64,000 nucleotides of DNA from Eledone cirrhosa (taxonomy: Eukaryota), in NCBI GenBank assembly GCA_964016885.1, contig OZ024741.1, forward strand, positions 201,376,001 to 201,440,000, given 5' to 3'. Below, in pieces: positions 54,154-64,000 of the stretch; positions within the stretch are counted from its first letter, which is position 1; each line of letters begins with the position of its first letter. The position numbers were made by a program, and so were the translations under genes. The notes beneath the pieces were generated by a model. The model did no database searches and had not been told where the DNA came from. It saw nothing but the letters and a program-made list of their open reading frames with translations.

Positions 54154-54189
54154 TTTCGACGTTTCGAAAGGAAGTCCTTCATCAGGAAA
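54154..54189 (-). ncRNA. Minimal hammerhead motif, intact core
   Basis: uuuc-CUGAUGA-aGGA cuuccu UUC-GAAAC GUC-gaaa. Confidence 0.75.
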
Positions 54190-54225
54190 TATATATGTAT
54201 GTATATTTATATGTGTATATATATT

Positions 54226-54274
<49 letters not shown>

Positions 54275-54319
54275 TTATACACCCGCCCGTCCCTTCAATC
54301 TATCTTATTGCTCATTCTT

Positions 54320-54355
54320 TCTTCTGATGAAGGACTAGCGTCCGAAACGTCAAGA
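54320..54355 (+). ncRNA. Minimal hammerhead motif, intact core
   Basis: ucuu-CUGAUGA-aGGAC uagc GUCC-GAAAC GUC-aaga; stem III is only the palindrome ACGU. Confidence 0.82.
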
Positions 54356-55119
54356 CCCTCTTCCTATTATTTCAAGCGTTAACCTAACATATTCCTTCCA
54401 TATACTGTACCGTTTGTGTTGTTATTTCTGTTTACCTTTTACATACATATATATATATACAGAGATTATATCCCCTAGATAATTTTAGCCTTTATAACAT
54501 TAATTGTTTCTACTTTAGGCACAAGGCCAGCAATTACCCAGTGCATTTATAACATTAATTGTTTCAACGTTTGGCACAAAGCCAGCAATTACCCAGTACA
54601 TTACTGGTGCTTTATTTTATCGACCCCGTAAGGATGAAAGGCAAAGTTAACCTCGGCGGGATTTGAACTCAGATCGTAAAGGAACATAACTCTTTGCGTC
54701 AAAGCATGGCGTCCGACCCTCTACTGATACTGCCAATCCACTAATAAAACAGTATACTGAGGTTAAATTTGATTATAACTTCAGTAAATACTATATTTGC
54801 ACTAACGACAAACATATCGAGGAAACACGTGTCAGTTACATAATAACTGTTAATCCTTCAACTGCGAAATTGGTGTATTTATGTGATATATTATATTCTA
54901 TATATATATATTTAAAAGAAAAGAAAAGAATCGCTTCACTTGTAGTTCTTAACGCAACTACTAATTTGTATTTTGTAGATCTACAAAACCAAATTGTAAA
55001 ATTATAATATTACAAAATTAAATTTAATTGTTTAGAACTACATTCTTTTCCCCTTTTTTTAAATATACCTAACCGTACCAAGGATTTCACGCATTTTCTA
55101 ATATATATATGTGTGTGTT

Positions 55120-55153
<34 letters not shown>

Positions 55154-55263
55154 TGTATGTATGTATGTATGTATGTATGTATGTATGTGTATGTATATGT
55201 ATATATATATACATATATATGTATATATACATATATATATACATATATATATACATATATATC

Positions 55264-55391
<128 letters not shown>

Positions 55392-55394
55392 TAT

Positions 55395-56535
55395 GGGATG
55401 ACAGAGTTCTTTGAGATACTGGCTGGAGTGCTCCAGGGAGATACATTGGCTCCATACCTTTGTATATATATATATATATATATATGGGATGACAGAGTTC
55501 TTTGAGATACTGGCTGGAGTGCTCCAGGGAGATACATTGGCTCCCTACCTTTGTATATATATATATATATATATATATGGGATGACAGAGTTCTTTGAGA
55601 TACTGGCTGGAGTGCTCCAGGGAGATACATTGGCTCCCTACCTTTTTATCATCGTAGTGGACTATTGTATGCGCCTTGCACTGGAGAAACACCAGGACTC
55701 TGGCTTTACTGTAGTGCCGGCTCAGAGCAGGAGAGTTGGGGCGAAAAAGGTATCGGATGCTGAATTTGCCGACGACATAGTTTTGGTGACAAATACAGTG
55801 AAGGAGGCAGAGGATTTGATGCGGGAGGTTGAGACTGTGTCGATGGGTGTGGGGCTGAGAATGAATGAGACTAAAACAAAATATCTGGTTGAGAATGTTG
55901 AGAAGCCAGAGGGGATCACTAATGTAGGCGGGAGGCCGCTAGAATTGGTTGAGGACTTCCTGTATTTGGGAGCAAAGATTGGGAATACGGAAGATGATGT
56001 GGTTGAGAGGAAGAGCAAGGCCTGGGCGGCGTGTCACAGCTTGAGATCGGTGTGGAAGTCGGACCTTCGTAGAGACCTGAAAATCCGCCTCTTCATTGCT
56101 GTAGTGGAGTCTGTGCTGCTGTATGGGTCTGAGACTTGGACACTGACCAAGAGACTCACTCAGATGGTGGGTGGGTGCTACACGAGAATGCTGAGGATGG
56201 CTCTGAACATTAATCAGTATACACTGAGGATGAAAAACTCAGAGCTGTATGGGAGCATCCCAAAAGTCAGCTCAAAAGTGACACAGAGGAGACTGAGGTT
56301 GGTTGGACATGCTCACCGACATCCAGAGTTGACATTGCACTCAGTGCTCCTTTGGGAGCCCCTACATGGACACACTAGAAGAGGAAGACCAAGGTTAACA
56401 TATGTTGATGCCCTAAAGACAGACACTGGTCTGTTGGAGATGCAGGATATGGCAGCGATAATGAGGGACAGAGACCGCTGGAGAGAACTCGTCCATGGAT
56501 CTCGGGAATTTTACCCGCCTTAGATAGATAGATAG
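55395..56535 (+). mobile_element. 5'-truncated RTE-group LINE (open RT C-terminal half) with triplicated 5' junction
   Basis: [40 protein letters not shown]; (TAGA)n tail. Confidence 0.88.
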
Positions 56536-56576
56536 ATATATATGTATGTATATATATATACATATGTATGTATATA

Positions 56577-56616
<40 letters not shown>

Positions 56617-56730
56617 TATGTATATATATGTATATATACATACATATATATGTATATATATATATACATATATATATACATATATACATACACATACATA
56701 CATACATACATACATACATACATACATACA

Positions 56731-56764
<34 letters not shown>

Positions 56765-56767
56765 AAC

Positions 56768-57358
56768 ACTGCTACTGGTAACATGTATCCCAGTACAACC
56801 TGTCTCATGGTCGGGTCGTTGGCGACTAAACTGGCAACCCCACCAAGGTTTCTTGGTGAGGAGCGTGACTTTGGACATCCTGCAGGACTAAAAACAAAAC
56901 CTGTCAAATGGCAAAGGAGCTCTTAAGAGTCAATGGCCATCCAAAATCACTGGGAGAGATGACCCATTAGCCTTTGTCAAGGCAGAATTCTAGGAGAAAG
57001 AAAACTCTGATATAACACCTGCAACTCTGATGGTATCCAATGATGTTGACTTGTTCTTCTTTTTGGTAAATATCATTTTGGTTAAGAGAGTGGGACTGGC
57101 TTTGTGCAGTGCCTTTGATCACTATAAAAGCTTCACGGCACAGGCATTGCTTTGTATCTGGAGATCTCTCTGCACTTGTCGTCACATGGTACCATGGGCC
57201 CAGCCCTATGTGTCAATAATTGTCACAAGTGTAGTGTTTGTACCAGAGTTTTCAAGTCGCTGGTTGGACTAAAAAGTCACACTCGTTCAGCGCATCGGTA
57301 AGGGTTCTCCTACATGGATATAAAGTAGTGGCCGTACTCGAAAACGAGTTGGCAGCCA

Positions 57359-57362
<4 letters not shown>
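56768..57362 (+). mobile_element. Non-autonomous bipartite RTE-derived element
   Basis: Colinear with the reverse complement of 13925-14515; CTAGGAGAAAGAAAACTCTG motif. Confidence 0.87.
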
Positions 57363-57421
<59 letters not shown>

Positions 57422-57480
57422 TATGTATGTATATAACCTCGGTTATTTTTCATTTTGTTAAAAAAAACCTCACTTTCTAA

Positions 57481-57539
<59 letters not shown>

Positions 57540-58144
57540 ATACACATATATATGTATATATGTATATATATATGTATATATACATATGTATTCCGTACAC
57601 TTTATCATGTTTCGCTGTGACCCGTCTTCTCTATCTCTCTCTCTTCTCTCTCCATCTACCTACCTACTTCGTTACTATCTGCACTCCCCCTCTTTCTTCC
57701 TCTCCTTTCTCCCTCTCACTTTCACTCACCCTCTCTCTGCCTGCCACCTCGTTGTTTTCCTTCGTCTGACCTTCTAGCAGTCTTTTTCTCACTCACACTC
57801 GCTTGGGTCGGTCGCCTTTTTCGTTCGATCACACGCTCTCGAACTTATGTTCTGTTACCGCTGTGATCTTGGAATCTGCCTCCACAGTTGCTGCACATTC
57901 TTCCGTCTGTTGTTGTTTTTTTCGCTGTTTTCTCTTTTCCTCTTTTCCCTTCTATTTTCCGTCTCTCCCTCTTCCGTTGTTGAACGCCCTGGGGGTAGAT
58001 ATATTGTCTTTAAAGCGTTGAAATATCCAAGACCTCCAGGAGACAACTGACGAGCCCCCCCCCCCCATTTCTTGCTTTCTTCTTACTTTCATTCCATTTT
58101 TAAGCCTCACTTAACTAGCAACTACACAGCCGCCATATTCTCCG

Positions 58145-58189
<45 letters not shown>

Positions 58190-58190
58190 C

Positions 58191-58402
58191 ATCAAAAGAT
58201 GGTTAAAAGAGTTCCATGTATTTTATTATGCGCATTTCAAAAACAAATATCATCATGCAATAACATTTGTGTTTTCATCAGATAAAATAGGAAGATGTCT
58301 TCCTATTTTATCTGATGAAAACACAAATGTTATTGCATGATGATATTTGTTTTTGAAATGCGCATAATAAAATACATGGAACTCTTTTAACCATCTTTTG
58401 AT
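58191..58402. repeat. Apparently perfect ~212-bp palindrome with two outward-facing hammerheads (58304-58374 +, 58219-58289 -)
   Basis: Centre GGAAGA-TG-TCTTCC; UAUUUUAU-CUGAUGA-long stem II-GAAAU GCGC AUA-AUAAAAUA. Confidence 0.92.
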
Positions 58403-58497
58403 CTTATATATTATGTATACTCCAGTCCTACAAACTGTAGAGTGCTTCTTATCTGATATCTGCATTGCTTTATTGTACTACAATAAAACTCACCTCC

Positions 58498-62390
<3,893 letters not shown>

Positions 62391-62485
62391 CTAAATATAT
62401 ATATATTTAACTAAAGACGTAGTAAATTTTAAATTTCTATTCCTAATAAATGCGGAGACAAAAATCTGGAGAGGACTCGATGAGG

Positions 62486-62534
<49 letters not shown>

Positions 62535-63200
62535 CCCACCATATAATATGGAGAGGTCACCACACCATTAGAAACATTTTTTCTCTTTAATTAAAAGCGT
62601 TTCTCCTTAACACACAAATACAATAAAATATTTAATAGAAACACTGTTAAAATATCTTACTCAAAAACTCCAAACCTCGCACATAACATCACTGCATCTA
62701 ATTTAGCCAAATTACCTAACCATGGTATCACAAACAATCCAGTACAGAGTTCTAGCTACAATTGTAGGAATAGGGAAGACTGCCCTCTATCCGGGAAATG
62801 CCTATCTAGCAATATAGTCTACAAATGTAAGGTCGACACACCCACGTCTAGAACGGCTTACATAGGGTTAACTGCCAATAGATTCAAGCAGTGTCCATAC
62901 ATGCACACCCAACAAGGAGCATGATGTCACTTTCGGCCTATATCAGGAGTCTAAAAGACAACCACACACGATATGGTTTACACTGGGAGATTCTAGCTAA
63001 AGCTAGATCGTATAATGGAAACAAAAGACCATGTGATCTTTACGCCGCCGAAGCTCTGGAAATATTCTAAGCCAACGACCAAATCTTAACAAAGAATCTA
63101 AGACAATTTTGGCTTGTAAACACAAATTGCATAACACTTTCCTATATTATAGCCTTACATTATATCCCAACAGATAGTACGGACAATATGCAAATAATAT
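62535..63200 (+). mobile_element. Degenerate Penelope-like GIY-YIG fragment (not in the ORF track)
   Basis: Manual translation from ~62751: SSYNCRNREDCPLSGKCLSSNIVYKCKVDTPTSRTAYIGLTANRFKQ; later EALEI..LNKES..CKH. Confidence 0.8.
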
Positions 63201-63379
63201 ACATCATGATGTGGTAGCTAAGGACACATTATTTTTATTTTTATATAATTATTTATATGTATGTACACCTTACCCGTATGTTTTTGTATGTGTGTATATA
63301 TTTATACGTATGTATATATGTCTCTATGTGTGTTTATATATATATATGTATATATGTATGTACATATGGGTATATATAT

Positions 63380-64000
63380 TGGGCTGGTAAAATTCCCGAG
63401 ATCCATGGACGAGTTCTCTCCAACGGTCACTGTCCCTCATCATCGCTGCCATGTCCTGCATCTCCAAGAGACCGGTGTCTGTCCTTAGGGCTTCAACATA
63501 TGCCAACCTCGGTCTCCCTCTTCTAGTGTGTCCATGCAAGGGCTCACACAGGAGCACTGAGTGCAGTGTCAACTCTGGATATCGGTGAGCATGTCCAGCT
63601 AACCTCAGTCTCCTCTGTGCTACGCTCGAGCTGACGTTTGAGAGGCTCCCGTACAGCCCTGAGTTCTTCATTCTCAGTGTATACTGATTAATGTTCAGAG
63701 CCATCCTCAGCATTTTCGTGTAACACCCATCCACTATCTCAGACCCGTACAGCAGCACAGACTCCACTACAGCAACGAAGAGACAGATCTTCAGGTCTTT
63801 ACGAAGGTCCGTCTTCCACACCGTGGCACGCCGCCCAGGCTTTGCTCTTCCTCTCAACCACATCATCTTCTGTATTCATAATCTTTGCTCCCAGACACAA
63901 GAAGTCCTCAACTAATTCTAGCGGCTTCCCGCCTACATTAGTCATCTTCTCTGGCTTCTTAATGTTCTCTACCAGATACTTTGTCTTAATCTCATTCATT
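63380..64000 (-). mobile_element. RTE-group LINE 3' end (family of 55395-56535), runs off the window
   Basis: VESVLLYGSE..GCYTKMLRMALNINQY..RRGRP; small internal deletions. Confidence 0.88.

Noticed and set aside
55395-55645. CRISPR-like repeat-spacer pattern
   Set aside because: Repeats are LINE RT coding sequence, spacers are (TA)n, the context is eukaryotic and there are no cas genes

Overview
AT-rich, microsatellite-dense animal genomic DNA. The SINE/LINE/microsatellite make-up suggests an octopod cephalopod, which is an inference. There is one host gene: a two-coding-exon BMP2/4 (dpp)-class TGF-beta ligand on + (27721-28177 joined to 33028-34022, 483 aa). Almost everything else is transposon debris: RTE-group LINEs (one near full length), R4/Dong-type RLE LINEs in (TAA)n/(CATA)n, a Tx1/L1-like fragment, tRNA-derived SINEs, a bipartite non-autonomous RTE derivative, mariner/Tc1, hAT, a Helitron, and several Penelope-like (GIY-YIG) remnants. 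The most striking signal, not visible in the ORF track, is about 20 minimal type-I hammerhead-ribozyme motifs (intact, degenerate or half) from several unrelated sequence families between ~27 kb and ~59 kb. They usually sit next to (TA)n and recur as outward-facing inverted pairs or perfect fold-back palindromes, two of which appear to fold back inside hammerhead stem II. All folds were made by eye, ribozyme activity is untested, and TE boundaries are approximate.
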